A stretch of DNA of 64,000 bases from Narcine bancroftii (taxonomy: Eukaryota). The DNA lies in contig NC_091474.1 of assembly GCF_036971445.1 (NCBI RefSeq), positions 77,624,001 to 77,688,000 on the forward strand, read 5' to 3'. The notes beneath the pieces were generated by a model that did no database searches, was not told the DNA's origin, and saw nothing but the letters and a program-made list of their open reading frames with translations. Positions 38,325 to 51,602 of this stretch are shown here, one piece after another. Made by a program: the position numbers and the translations under genes. Positions within the stretch are counted from its first letter, which is position 1; each line of letters begins with the position of its first letter.

Positions 38325-39813
38325 CTGGAAAGAACGAAGAATGGAGATTATATGTTGGATTCCAAGCTATTTTAAACAGTTTTTGTTCAAAGTGCAGTAG
38401 AATTCTGCAATGTATATTGTTCTGATGGAAGGCTGGTTTGAACGACTCCATTCACATAACTTGAGACCATATTGTCAAGATATTCTCAATATCTATTTAT
38501 CTCCATTTCTCTGCTTTCTGAAGGGCCAAAATAAATGACCTCAGTGTTTTAGAACTGGAATGATGCAGTTTAAAATTCACACTAGCACTAAACCGGCTCT
38601 AGATCTGCAATCGGGCCAATGTGGGGTGTTGATCTCATTCACCTTCCGTTTCAGACTGAACTTGGTGTCGGGCATAGTTTGTGAAGATCACACAAATATT
38701 TTGAGCGAAACATGACTGGCTACAGACGCTGTGTAATTGTAGTAAATACACCGAAGTGCTGGACGAACTCAGCTGGTCTATTCAGCATCTATAGGAGTCA
38801 AAGATATATTGCCAACATTTCTGGCTTGAGCCTTTCTTCAGTTCGCCAATCACACAATCTCAAACAACCAGAAATCTACCAATTCCCAGAGGTGTGGGGA
38901 TACCGGGATTTTTACTGTATCACGTCTTTCACTCAATCTACCTTACTAAATATGCCATTCCTTCAATACCAGCTTATAGCCTGGGTCTGTTGCAAAACAC
39001 ACTGCAGATACTCACCAGTACTTCAGCCTGTCCAATCTGTGATCCTTTTCCACTGAAGATGAGGCTTACACTTGCATAGAAAAACCAGCAATGATAGGTT
39101 AAATATCCCTGTGACCATGAAATAAAAGTATTCCTCAATGCCACTGTGCCGAAAGCTGGAAACTTCATGCCCCAAGAACATCAGTGGGTCAAGATACTAA
39201 GTCATCATTACCTTTCTAAAGGCAATTAATGCTGGCCTTGCTAATGACGGCATAGATTCTGAGGGTGGGGAGGGGGGTTGTGGTGGGGAAGATTTAAAAG
39301 GGACCCAAAGGTTTACATTTTTGTGCATATATGGAATGAACTGCCAGAGGAGGGTGACATTTGGACAGGTACATGGGTAGGAATGGTTGAGAGGGATATG
39401 GGCTAAGTGGGAACAGCTAGGCAATTTGGTCAGCGTGGTCGAGCTTCCACCTTGCATAACTCCATGACTTGCTTTGTGAACAAATTGAAAAAAAAAGGAT
39501 CTACTCTCATTACCCTTGGATTTTGTACACAGTTTAAAAATTCTAGATATTAAAATGTAGTTTCAAAAATGCTATGGCATGTTTAGAGCAATGCTGATAC
39601 AGCTCCAGTGACCCGGTTCGAATTTGGCGCCATAATGAGTGTGTATGTTCTCCCCGTGTCTGCGTGGGTTTCCTCCCACCCTTCAAAATGCACTGGTGGG
39701 GGTGGGTTGGGGGTGTGTGTTGTAGGTTAAGTGGCATATTTGAGCAGCATGAGCCCATAGGCCAGAGTGCTGTATGTCTAAATTTCAAATGTTAAAAATT
39801 GAAGCTGATAGAC

Positions 39814-40185
39814 CAGTGGTTCTCAACCTTTTTTTTCCCCATTCACATTCCACTTTAAGTAATACCTATGCCATAAGTGCTCTGTGATTAGTAAGGAATT
39901 GCTTAAGGTGTGATATGAGTGGGAAGATTGAGAATCACTGGTCTAGGCCCAATTGTTACTGAAATATTTTGCTTGAGAAAAACTGTCATTGGCTCATTTC
40001 CTTTGGAGTTCTGAAACCATGCACATAACGAGTCAATTTGGAACGATTAAAACAGTGGTTTTCAAACTTTTTCTTTTCACCCACATACCACCTTAAGCAA
40101 TCCCTTTCCTAATCACAGAGCACCCATGGCATAGGGATTATTTAAAGTGGTATGTGAGTGGAAAGAAAAAGGTTGAGAACTACTG
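39814..40185. mobile_element. Composite hAT-type MITE (two hairpin monomers plus spacer)
   Basis: TIR cagtggttctcaacct; 8-bp TSD tgatagac / tgatagat. Confidence 0.85.
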
Positions 40186-40446
40186 TGATAGATTGTCCTA
40201 AGAACTGGTAGGGCATTGGATTCATCCTGATCTGTCCAGTTTGATCCCTGTATGATTCCAGTCCCATGCCCTGTGTTGATTCATACCAGCCCTCCGAACT
40301 GGCCGAGGCAACCATTCAAACACTCCACAGAATTAATCCCCTTCACCACTTCTGCAGGACAATTGGAGATGGCCAACAATTACTGGCATTTCCTGACATG
40401 GTAACTTCTTGGGAATGACTTAGGCAAGATAAATTCTTGTACCAAC

Positions 40447-40600
40447 CTGTCACCTTTGGAGTAGTCCAATGTGCAGCAGGTTCTCAGTGGCTCATAGTCA
40501 TATTCACCCCAGCCCAGCAACGGCATAAGAGACCAGAAACCCGCAAAAGCCCAGTTAAATAATATAACAACCATGGTGCTGCTCCATTGCAGTTTTGACC
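40447..40600 (-). CDS. RGR: RGR exon 4 (SKLQWSS...MPLLGWGEYDYEPLRTCCTLDYSKGDR), 154 bp
   Basis: RGR-diagnostic GWGEYDYEPL.TCCTLDY motif and canonical splice sites. Confidence 0.97.
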
Positions 40601-41051
40601 CTGAAATACAGATTTAAAAAATAATTCTTCTTCATCACAATGAATGGAAATTAAATCTAACTGAGACACCCCGCTTGCAATTTTATTACTCGATATAGAG
40701 TATACATGATGAATGCTGTGAGACCTGCTGAGTTCCTCCATGTTTGCAACATAAATCCATCTTTTTTTTTCTCTCCCGCTGTTCTGATTAAGGATCTTCA
40801 ACCTGAAACACTAACTCTGTTTCTCTTTCCGCAGATACTGCCTGGGCTGTTGATTGTCGCCAGCATTCACTGCTTCTATTTTGGCTATATTGGATAGCTG
40901 GGGTTATCCAGGATGATATTAACCAAGGTTTTCCAGTGATATTCTTCAAAATAGGACACACGTGAATAGTTTACAGGTCAGCCTTGATGGTTTCCCTGCA
41001 GTAGCCTTCATTGCCACAATTCACATGAAACCACTTGACTGACTTCACAAT

Positions 41052-41666
41052 TACCATTTATTCTTGTGTAAAAGTAAAATTTTGTCGACCATTTTTTAAT
41101 GTTACATTTCTGGGGTCGACTATTACATGGACATTACTTTTGAGGGGCAGAAATTCACACCGGAATCCATGATACCATATCAGTAGCAGAAGTCCAAATG
41201 ATCGCTAAGCGAATAAAGAACAAAAACACAATGAACTGAAGTAATAGCGCAGAATCTGTGCATCAAAATGCACGTCCCCACGGGGGAGGTCGGGACCGTG
41301 GTAGGTATCTGGATCATTAGAGGCATCAGGAGCTTCGATCGGTTGATGGCTGGGGAGGGGGGGGGGGAAACGGGACGAGGCACAAGCTTGCAACCGTGGC
41401 GTCAGGAGCTTCGATGGGCAGGCAGCCGGGGGCAAGGTTGGAGTCCACATTCAAGGCATCGGGAGCTCCGATGGGCGGATGACCAGGGGCTGAGACAGAG
41501 CTTGCGACCGAAGTGTCGGGAACTCTGGTCTGCGGGCTGCTGGGGCAGAGGTGAGACTCCGGTCGACTTTTACATATAGAAAATTCCTGATTTTTTGGCC
41601 AAAGATAGGGGGGAGAGGGGTGGCGACTTTTCCAAGTGATCAACTTTTACATGGGTATTTAGGATA
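41052..41666. mobile_element. Degenerate Tc1/pogo-type non-autonomous DNA element with internal GC-rich repeats
   Basis: Imperfect TIRs tgtaaaagt / acttttaca, repeated gtcgact.ttaca subterminal motifs, and internal ggagcttcgat units. Confidence 0.5.
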
Positions 41667-42631
41667 AATGTTAGGGATGAAAAATGATGGTATTGTAAGA
41701 AATAAATCAGCTTTAGCAATCAGCTGAGGAAAAGAATGCAATTATTTCCACAAACTTCACAGAGCTGAAAAGCATTCAGATTTCTGGAAACCACATCTTC
41801 GGTAATGCACTTGGCAAAAATAAATTCCAAGATTAGTAGAGCAAAGATCATCACAACAACGTGTTGTTAGGAGTCTTTCACTAATCCTTATTTTGCCACA
41901 AAGAGAGCATTCATCAGTCCCTCAGTGACGTCGGTTGTTCGGATGAGCTGGCCTCAATAGAGTCAATGGATTCAGAATTCAGCAGGTCAGGCAGCTTCGA
42001 CTCAAAGGAGCCGAACTTTTGAGCAGAAACCCTTCATCTCTGATTTGGAATTCTTCCTCTTTTGCATTTCGCAGTGTATTCACATCTCTGACATTCAGAT
42101 AAATAACCTTGTTTTTCTTCATTGAGATTTCATTAGGCTCAGCATACAGTTACATAAGCTGTCACATGCAAAGGTTTAGTCACATTTTTTAAAAAATTCT
42201 GATCTAAATCTCTTGAAGTGGAATCATGTACAATACTCAACCTGGTTTAAACCCTGTATTCTGTGCCTCAGCCAACAATGGGCAAATCCATCTGCCTTTT
42301 TAACAAACTTATTGTCCAGTCCCAATTAGGGATGAACTTAATTTGATTTTCCAGCTGATATAGTGGATTAAACACTGCCTATTTGACCCATTTTTACTGA
42401 AAGCCTCAGCCATTTTCTCACAGCCTCCATCCCACCTTTACTCACTTTGTGTGGTTTGACTTTTAAGGTCCTATGGACATTGGCTCTAAACTTCAATCAA
42501 TCAATCAATCAATAACCTGCATTTTATTATCTTTTACCTAACTTCATTGAACTACACTTTGACAAATACATGACCGCATTTATTTCCATTTGCCAGATGT
42601 CAGATTGTGTGGATTGCCCTGCCATCTAAAG

Positions 42632-43043
42632 CATTGGTTTTCAACCTTTTTCTTTCCACTCACATCCAACTTTAAGTATTCCCTAGGCCATCAGTGCTCT
42701 GTGATTAGTAAGGGATTACTTAAGGTGGGATATGAGTGGGAAAAAAATGGTTGAGAATCACTAGACAAAGGACACTGTTTGACCTGCTGTGTTTCTCCAG
42801 CTTTTTGTGTTTTTACTGCTCTCGACCCAATTGTTTCTGAAATATTTTGCCAGAAAAAAGTGGTCATTGGGCCATTTCCTTTGGAGTTCTGAAACCATGC
42901 ACATAACAAGTCAATTAGGTACAATTAAAAGAGTGGTTTTCAAACATTTTCTTTCCTCTCACATAGCAATCCCTTACTAATCACAGAGCACCTATGGCAT
43001 AGGGAATACTTATAGCGGTATGTGAATGGAAAGAAAATCACTG
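42632..43043. mobile_element. Second composite hAT-type MITE
   Basis: Same structure as the 39814 copy; perfect 8-bp TSD atctaaag. Confidence 0.85.
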
Positions 43044-43087
43044 ATCTAAAGCATGGAGAGTTTTGATTGAAAATTGAAAATACTTAC

Positions 43088-43209
43088 TGCCACAGTTCAG
43101 ATGGTATCTGTCCCAGGCAATTGCTGCACAGGCATTAATGCTGGCCAGGGCTGTCAGAAAACCTTGGAATCCATGAGTCTGGCAGCCTTCAGATCCATAA
43201 GGCCAGTAC
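43088..43209 (-). CDS. RGR: RGR exon 3 (YWPYGSEGCQTHGFQGF...AIAWDRYHLNCG), 122 bp
   Basis: TM3 with WDRY, RGR-typical GCQ.HGFQGF, and canonical splice sites. Confidence 0.97.
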
Positions 43210-43889
43210 CTGTGAAAGAAAAGATGAGATGTGGCATGAAATGGGGATTGTTAAAGCCCGTTCTTGGGTACTGCAGAGTAATATTAAAGAGTGAAAAACA
43301 CCACTGTAAGAATAATTGGTCAATGGTCAAGGGAAAACTGGATGAAGAAAGAATAGATTTCAGATTTACTGTCAGAGGACATACGTGATGTCACATACTA
43401 CCTTAAGATTCTTATTCCTGCTGGTGAGGCAGAATCACCAGGTATCTGTAGTGCAAAAAAAAACTACACAATGGACACATGAAACAAATACATGAAAAGA
43501 AACTGTGCAATATAGAGAAAAAGAAAAACATCATGATGGGATAAATTAACTTAATTTAGAGATACAGCATGGTAAAACAGGCTCTTCTGACACATGAGCC
43601 TGTGCCACCCAAATATACCAGTGTCCAATTAACCCACTGTCTGCCTTTGGAACATGAGAAGAAACTGTAGCACCTGGAGGAACATGGACAATGTACAGTA
43701 TAAACTCCGAACAGACCCAGATTCAAACCCAGATCACTGGCACTGTAATAACATTGCACTGACTGTGCCGCCTATGGTGGGAAGATGTCAATATGGAGCA
43801 TAAACACTGATGTGGATTAGTTTGCTGAAGTGTTATTGCTTCTGTGCCACATGTTTGGCATATTTCTATCTAAGTCAAACCGAGTTTAC

Positions 43890-44046
43890 CTCAGAAAGCT
43901 TGAAAATGCAGCGACTAATGCATTCACGCAGATGCCCGAGTCAGACACAGCCAAGCTGGCCACTATGAGGTTACTTGGATTCTGGAGCTCCTTGATCTTA
44001 AAGAAGGACAATATTGTGATGCTGTTCAAGAACAGTCCAATGAGTG
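43890..44046 (-). CDS. RGR: RGR exon 2 (ALIGLFLNSITILSFFKIKELQNPSNL...AAFSSFLR), 157 bp
   Basis: TM1-TM2 and canonical splice sites. Confidence 0.96.
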
Positions 44047-44638
44047 CTGTGGAACAATTCAGAGAAACACAGCACGGGTCAGTGAAAACCATTCTTGTGA
44101 CATTAAGATTTGCTGACAAAGTTGCAATGAAAATATCTTATTTAGCCATGGCGAGAAACAGAAACCAGAGCAAGGCAACTAATTCAAATCTGGAGAACGA
44201 AACGGTCTTCAGAATGTAGCACACTGCAAGTTGAATAGATTGTGAGTACCATGGAAAGACATGATTTTAGGCTGCTTTCAAACCAGTTGCCATTATTGCT
44301 TGTTATGCAATGGAACAATGAAGATGATTGTTACTCCAAGTACATTTACCATGCATACCGAATTAGCCCCGCTCAAATGATGCAGAAGGTCTCCTTGAAG
44401 ATTTTCGCAGATTTGTGTAAACAGAAAAATTATTAAAGTAACGTTACCCATCCAGTCCACCCATGTTAAATCCATCCTAAAATCAATCAGAAATATTCCT
44501 TAGCTTAGCTGCACAGAATTATCATTTAAACATCAATTAAACAGGGAATAAAAGCTTAATATACAAATATGATCAACCTGATAAACATTTATTTCATTTA
44601 CTACTATGAAATCAAATATAAAGCTTCTAAATCATTAC

Positions 44639-44717
44639 CTTCCAGTAATAGAGCAGTTCCCAATGCAAACACTTCCAACTCACTGAATCCCTCAATTAAT
44701 GGATTGGACATTACCAT
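44639..44717 (-). CDS. RGR: RGR exon 1 coding part (MVMSNPLIEGFSELEVFALGTALLLE). Full CDS 903 bp = 300 aa retinal G protein-coupled receptor (photoisomerase opsin)
   Basis: GF.ELEV N-terminus typical of RGR, phase-1 donor, and seven exons that sum to an intact frame. Confidence 0.95.
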
Positions 44718-44811
44718 CTTTACACTCTGCAACACTGTTTACCAAGATAACGGAGATGCTTTTTAAAGGAAATATTTGAATTCGAATATGTGCCAGTGGT
44801 TTAAGTAAAGG

Positions 44812-44814
<3 letters not shown>

Positions 44815-44851
<37 letters not shown>
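44815..44851. repeat. (GA)n microsatellite in the RGR 5' leader/promoter
   Basis: Uninterrupted GA run. Confidence 0.95.
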
Positions 44852-44853
<2 letters not shown>

Positions 44854-46185
44854 GCAGGTTTCGGCACTGTAATCCTGAGAAGAATGTCTCATGACTGTTT
44901 TGTAAGCTATTATGATGTTTTTATGGAGCCTGAAATACATCAATTCAGTTACTACCAAGTATTGTCGAGAAGCGCAGTTCAAAGTTCTTGCAATTCTGCT
45001 GAATTCGGACATTCCCACACCATTTTTATACATTGGCAATCCTCTGGTACATTAGATGATAACTTTAATGATTATCTTACTCCTTGCCATTAACAGCTGT
45101 CAAATGTTTTAGAATAGAATTTGTCATCATTTGACAGGACACCAATACAGGAACCAATCAGGCCAATCTATAACTCACTCTCCAGTGAGTATATTCTTGA
45201 GGTCCACTGACTGGGACTGGACAGAATACTCTAGGTTTGGCTTCCTGAAGATGCTGGTCTCTCAAATATACTAGAGGGCACATAGATTTGGCATGGACGA
45301 GTTGGGCACGTGGGTCTGTTCCTCAACAATAGGACTATGAAATAACAAGGGTTTTTACTGTAGTTTAAGGTCTAATTTGTACAGCATAAATGAGGGAAGG
45401 GTTAAATCAGAAAACCCAACACAATGCACAATTTGTATTAATGACCTATTTTGCAAGATCCTATTCAAAAAGTGTTTTAAAGAACTTGAAACTAATTTGG
45501 TGGCTTTAATTAAATGTGATGCTCCAGTTAGCATGTGTTGGAATTGGCTGCCCATTGAAGCAGGTGAGGCGACCTCGGTGAATATATTTAAGAAATGTTG
45601 GATAGATTTTTAAAAAATATAGTAGGGGAATTAAGGGAAATGGGGAAGAGGCAGGTCGATGAAGATGAGCCTATCATCAGGTCAGCCATGATCTCATTGA
45701 ATGGCGGGGCAGGCTCGACGGGCCAGATGACTGACTTCTGCTCCAATTTCCTATACCTTATCATAAAATTACCACCGAGATTTATTCTCGCACCATATAA
45801 TAAAAGTCGGCACCTGCACATGACTGATATTGTTTCTTTTTAATTGGAATGGGATGGAACAAATTTAAATATTTTAAATTTGGAGATCGGAACTGTTAAG
45901 ACAAAAGATTAGATGGCATGCCATGGAGCATAGTGAGTTTTATTGAATAAAGTGCCCAGAACCCATTTCTTCATTCCTGCAATTAATATTGTCAATCTCT
46001 GCTTCATATTGCAGTGAAAAGTGATTTATTTTTAGGTCAACTTATGCCAAAATTTAAATGTAATTAAAGTAATCCAAGCTAATTTCAAGAGGTAACCTTG
46101 CATCTTTCTCACCCTGAATTTATAAAATTACACCTGCTGATTGTGAAAAGCCAGATTTTACTGCTATTGGCAAAAACTTCCCTCA

Positions 46186-46374
46186 CCCTTCAGACTCAGG
46201 CCATTTTTAAGCTTTCATAATATATACTCCAGACTGGATCCATGGGCAAACTACAGTATGAGCCACCAGTACGATCCAGCTAGTAGTTGGCTACAAAACC
46301 AGTCCCTGAAGACTGGAATAGAGTGTATCCGCTTGTTGGTGGCCCCTCAAAACCAGGTCACAGAGTCCCAAGGG
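46186..46374. mobile_element. piggyBac-type MITE
   Basis: cccttcagactc ... gagtcccaaGGG|TTAA; interior homologous to the 30574 copy. Confidence 0.75.
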
Positions 46375-46562
46375 TTAAGGTTGAGTTACCTTCTATTTTT
46401 GCTGTTCTACTTTGCACAGCTTGTTTCCTAGAAATACTTGATGTTGAAAGTTCCTTGAACAAAACAGAAAATGGGCAAAATTTGATCAGTTTTTACTGTA
46501 AATATTGAATCTGAATTTATTGTCAAGAACCTATGTCACCAAATTCATTGTTTTGTGGCGCC

Positions 46563-46784
46563 TGTAGAGCGCGTCGAAAGGCCCAAAGACTTGTTGATCC
46601 AAATCAAGGCTTTTATTAACTAAAAGACTGGAGCATATCACAAGTAGGTCGACCAGTCTGGTTAGGAACAATCCTTTAAGACCTGCCAGTAGGTGTGGCT
46701 ACACTCTCAGCCAATCAGTCATCCTACACTACCATCTATACATATGTACATATACACATTGGTGATAGAATCTGTACTATCACA
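46563..46784 (-). mobile_element. Solo LTR (222 bp)
   Basis: TG...CA ends, 5-bp TSD gcgcc / gcacc, and AATAAA on the minus strand. Confidence 0.7.
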
Positions 46785-47859
46785 GCACCATTATAGTGCA
46801 TTGCATGTTAAGATATTGCTATAGACTACATTTCCAAATCCACTATTTAAAAAAAAATAATGCAATAAGAAGAGAAAAAGTGATCTGATAGCGGAGTGGA
46901 AGAAGTGTTTCTGACCCAGAGGGTATTCATCTTCAGGCTCCTGTTCCTCCTTCTTGATGGTAGTGGAGAGAAGAGGGCATAGCCTGGGGGGGGGATGGGA
47001 GATCCTGGATGATAGGGGCTGCTTTTTTGAGGCACCTCCTCTTGTAGATGTCCTTGATTGAGTGAAGACTAATGCTCATGATGGCCTGGCTGAGTTCACA
47101 ATTCTCTGCAGTCTTTATTGAAAAATGAAAAATATTTTACATTTAAATCAGGTTATAAATTGGGAGAACTTGATCTACCTTTGTTACCGTGTCAACTGGC
47201 ATTTCCTGCACACTTTGCAAAAAAATTAATTTCTCTCAGTTGGGTTGCAGTAATGGGCACTGCAATGCCTTTGGCACAGTTGGCCGAGGATATGATAGCT
47301 ATCAAGGGTTTACACATGAATTCTTCTGTAACTTTTGAAGGGTAGACCATCTGATGATTGAATTGGTGTCCATTAAAATGATTACATCACCAATACTTAA
47401 TATATATACTCATTTATGATTAACAGCCATTTAGACTTGCTATCAACTAGAACAAAAGTCTTGAGGAAGAGGGGGAATGTGGAGAAAAAATTCCAGATAA
47501 AAATTGGCAGTTCAATAGTTTATAAAAATCCTACAGAATTGTTCAATGTTTTGTTGAACGCAGTGCCATTGTCATGAAGTCCAAAAGATTTTTAGGCAGC
47601 AATCAAATGATTACTACTGTCAGTCACCCTCTGGGAATGTTCATGTAATCGCTCCATGTGAATGAGATAATCCTTTTCCAGACTATATCTGAGTGAAATC
47701 AGATTTCATTAAAAAGTAAGTCTGCAAAATAACAGATGGTGATGCTGAATATGTAATCCATCATCCGGTTTGGATTTTCAAATATTCCTGAGTAATAGCT
47801 TTTGAAAGGAAATCAGAATGTGAGATGCAATTTCCAATTGAGCACTGAACTACTATACT

Positions 47860-48145
47860 TACATGCCTCATAGACAAAAAAATGGAACATCCCTAACAAC
47901 TTTGAAATCTCTAGCCTATGACCACTGCAGGAAGAGAACGATCAGTCGGAATGGTATTAAGAATGTTCCATCCATGCCAAAACTCTGTAAGAAGAGTGTA
48001 CCACCACTGTATGAACAGTGTACCACCTTACAAACTACCCACGTTTCAGTCAGTCACTTCCTGCCCCAATGGTGGAAGAATCTAAGTTTTCCACATTGGC
48101 CCCACCAGTCCCTTCAGAACAAACCACAATGGAAGCGAGCCATTT
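47860..48145 (+). mobile_element. RTE-like LINE 3' remnant
   Basis: Degenerate C-terminal CP.CGR...S.IG zinc-knuckle-like remnant. Similar RTE-like tails at about 11700-12010 and 36570-36810. Confidence 0.4.
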
Positions 48146-49891
48146 CAATCTTTTAAAACGTCACTTTGTTTTTTGCTTCACTGAGATCGGGAATATTAAT
48201 TTTCCTATTATTTATTATATCTCTTCCTGTCTCATGGCAAATTGGGGAGATTTAATTTCTACTCTAATTGTTGCCATATCGTTTGTGAGTGCAACAAGTG
48301 AGAATTGTACATATGTACATTTTGCTGTTCAGTGCATATGACTCTGGTATCATAACTCATGACATAAATCATCCCAGGGGAATTCCTAATGAGAAAGAAT
48401 TTATGAAAGAAACGCAGCAGGTAACACAAATCCCAGTCTTCATTCACTACAACACCTTGATGTAATTTGGAGGACGCTGAAAATTCTTCGAACATAGATG
48501 CTATACCAATAATCACATTTCATTGCAACTTCACTGAACACCTGTGGCTGAACACAATGGCATAGAAGTTAAATTTACTGAGTAATCCCAGAGCAGTGGG
48601 TAATAAGATGGAAATATGAATGTAAGCACTGTATCACCATGCAGTCTTTTTTTCAGTATTGAGAATGAAGTGTCAGTTACAACGACAATAAAACACCAGA
48701 ATGTTTTTAAAATTTCTATTGGTTCGACAATATATGGTGAGGAAGGATGTGTGTTGCACTTACGTGTTATGACCTCTCTTGATTCCAGAACTAGAGCATC
48801 CTATTACAACAGGAGAAAGAGAAGCAAACAAGGGTCCCTTCAGAGACACTGAGTGTTCGTGGATTCGCCTCCAGTGCTCCCGCAGCCTCTGCTACGGCAC
48901 AGACTCCAGTTTAAACCTGACCGCCAGATCCAAACCTCCCGTACGATCAGGAAGCCTTCAGCGCCTGGTGCCCTTTGGGAGCCCTTCTTGCCCTCAGCCC
49001 TCACTCATGAGCCAGTCTCCAGCATCCCACAGCCTGTGTGGGTCCTTTGACCGCAAGTTGGCAGCAACCCTCAGCCTGTGTGATATCTGTGGGCACCAGG
49101 TCTTGCATATGGATAAAAGTCAGGGGGCTTTTATCCCCCTGGGTGCAGACTGGAGAGCACAGAGCAATCTCTTAAAAGCCTGAACCCACTTCATCCACTT
49201 ACAGGTCTCCTATGCAGCAGCCATGTTCCTATTACCAATAATCACTTAGGATGCAGCCGTCATGGCAAGAGTGGCACCTAAATACACCCCTAGCTGCCCC
49301 AGGTAAAAATAAATCATTAGACCTTGATCTTGAAAGAGTATAAATGCCAAAGGAGAGTGGATGAAAACACTGCCAAGTTTATTACCATTTGATTGTACAA
49401 GTACAACCCGACGAAACAGCGTTCTCCAGTCCTCGGTGCAAAACACGCAGACACACAACCAGACATAACACACATACAGACAAAGCATACATATACTTGA
49501 CAAGTATTCATCTCTACAAATAAATAAATAAATGCCGCTTCATGAATATGAGAGTCTCGGCTGGTCAGTGTGAGCAGTTTCTTGGGTCATTCATTGTTCT
49601 CACTGCCCTTGGGAAGAAGCTACTCCTCAGCCTGGTGGTGCTGGCTCTGATACTCGGGCATCTCTTCCCCGACAGGAGCAGTTGAAAGATGCTGGGTGCA
49701 GGGAAGAAGGAGTCCTCAATGATTTTGCACACCCCCTTCAGACAACGAACATGGTAGATCTCATCGATGGTGGGGAGGGTGATTCCACTGACCCTCTCTG
49801 CACTCTTGTGAACCTGTGGATTGTCCTCCAATCCATTTCTCTACAGTATCACTCTCTGATAAAAGGAACTTTACTAAAAATAAGTTGACTA

Positions 49892-50460
49892 CAGATGCTC
49901 CTCTACATATAATGGTTCGACTGATGATTTTTCGAAGTTATGATGGTATGATAACGATACGCATTCTCATGAAGATACTGAATGTCGTCACTTGGTACTG
50001 TAGCTTCACAATTCGCTGCATGGTGGTGTTGGTGTGACCATTGTTATTGGTTATCGCACAACAGCTGATGGATGCTCTGGCTGGAGCAATATTTTATGAT
50101 TAAAAATTGTTTTTTTTCAGTGTGCAGTAAAAGATATTCAACATTTAATTATAAAATAGGCTTTGTTTTAGATAGATTTACCCAGATGTAGGCTATGTTA
50201 AGTGGTCTGAGCACATTTAAGGTGGGCTAGCCTGGACTGGGGTAGCTTAAGCTAAACAAGATTTATTTAAGTATTCCATAAATTACATGAGATATTCAAG
50301 CACTTTATTTTCAAATGGGCTACGGTTAAGTGGTCTAAGCACATTTAAGGAAGGCTAGGTTATGATGTTTGGTAGGTGCAGTATTCTTTTCGACTTACAA
50401 TTTTTCCACTTATGATGAGCTTATCGGAACATAACCCCATTGTACGTTGAGGAGAATCTG
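49892..50460. mobile_element. Tigger/pogo-type MITE
   Basis: TA|cagatgctcctc ... gaggagaatctg|TA. Confidence 0.7.
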
Positions 50461-51332
50461 TATTGTTTTAAACAAAAAAAAAAGACCTCCCTTGTGTGGG
50501 TCCAACAGAGGTTTTGTCCCTACCAGCCTTCGCTTCACATATACCACCAAAATACACCTGGAACACCGGAATTGCTGTGTTTGTGGTCAGCAATAGCTGA
50601 AATGAGTGGAGAAGCAGTGTGAACAGCTATGGACAAGTGGACAACTGCTCTTTCATCCAGGATAAAGTTTAAATGGCAGCAACACTGCTGATGTAACAAA
50701 GACCATTTGAAATTAAATATTTTTTTCATCTCGCTTTTATTTGAAAACACAGCATACAAACAGGCTAATGGGTATACAACCCTATCCCAGAGCTTTGTAC
50801 CACATCATACAATTCACCTGCCATGGAACAACACTGAGGAATGTTATCTCTGCATTGAATCTCATCGATGCACATTCAACAAAGGATAAATTTACACAGT
50901 TGCTCGCCATTGTTGACTGTTTGGGCCACATATGTTTTCAAAAAATAAACTCTATTCACAATAAATTGTTTGCAAAAGAGAAAAATGTTTGAAGTCTTTT
51001 CACGCCCTTAGTGTCATAACTGTATATCTTCAGTACTGCATTTTGTTACATCCGTTCTCTATTTAGCACCGTTCCCTCCACTGTGGCACCTCATTGTTCC
51101 TTCCTCCTCTGCTGTTTGAGGAACTCCCCTTGGTCTCAGCCCCTCAATGACCAGTAGCAGAAGGACTCCAGACTGTGGTTCTTCACTGCAGTGCCCTCAT
51201 GTTGGCCGTGCCAAGCCTCAGTGCGTCCCTTAGCACGGACTCCTTCAGCCTGCAATGTTCATGCAACATCTCATTCGCGCGTTTGCAGAAGCCAATAAGC
51301 GTCCAAGTGGAAATAACTAAAAAAGCTCTCCT

Positions 51333-51438
51333 TAATCCTCTTCTGTCCCTTTTAACTCGGGATTCACTCTGTGGCAGATGAGCACTGTGGGATTGAGAGC
51401 CGTGTAGACAGGAGATGTGGCTGAAACGGGATTAAGCC
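51333..51438. promoter_or_regulatory. Cluster of CRX/OTX2-type sites (TAATCC, GGATTA/TAAGCC) upstream of LRIT1
   Basis: TAATCC at 51333 and GGATTAAGCC at 51429-51438, both within 150 bp of the ATG of a retinal gene. Confidence 0.5.
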
Positions 51439-51474
51439 ATAGAGACCTTTGGATCACTCCTGCTGTGAGCAGCA

Positions 51475-51602
51475 ATGGAAATATCGCTCAGTGCCTGGCT
51501 GATTTCTTATTTATGGTTCAGTTTTCTAGCTGTAGGATTCTGCCTGTGTCCTTCCCAATGCATCTGCACCTTCCAGACTGACAGTGATCAACTCAAGGCA
51601 AG
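51475..51602 (+). CDS. LRIT1: LRIT1 exon 1 (signal peptide plus LRRNT start CPSQCIC...KAR)
   Basis: Hydrophobic signal peptide, CPxxCxC motif, and phase-2 donor AG|GTATCC. Confidence 0.9.
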
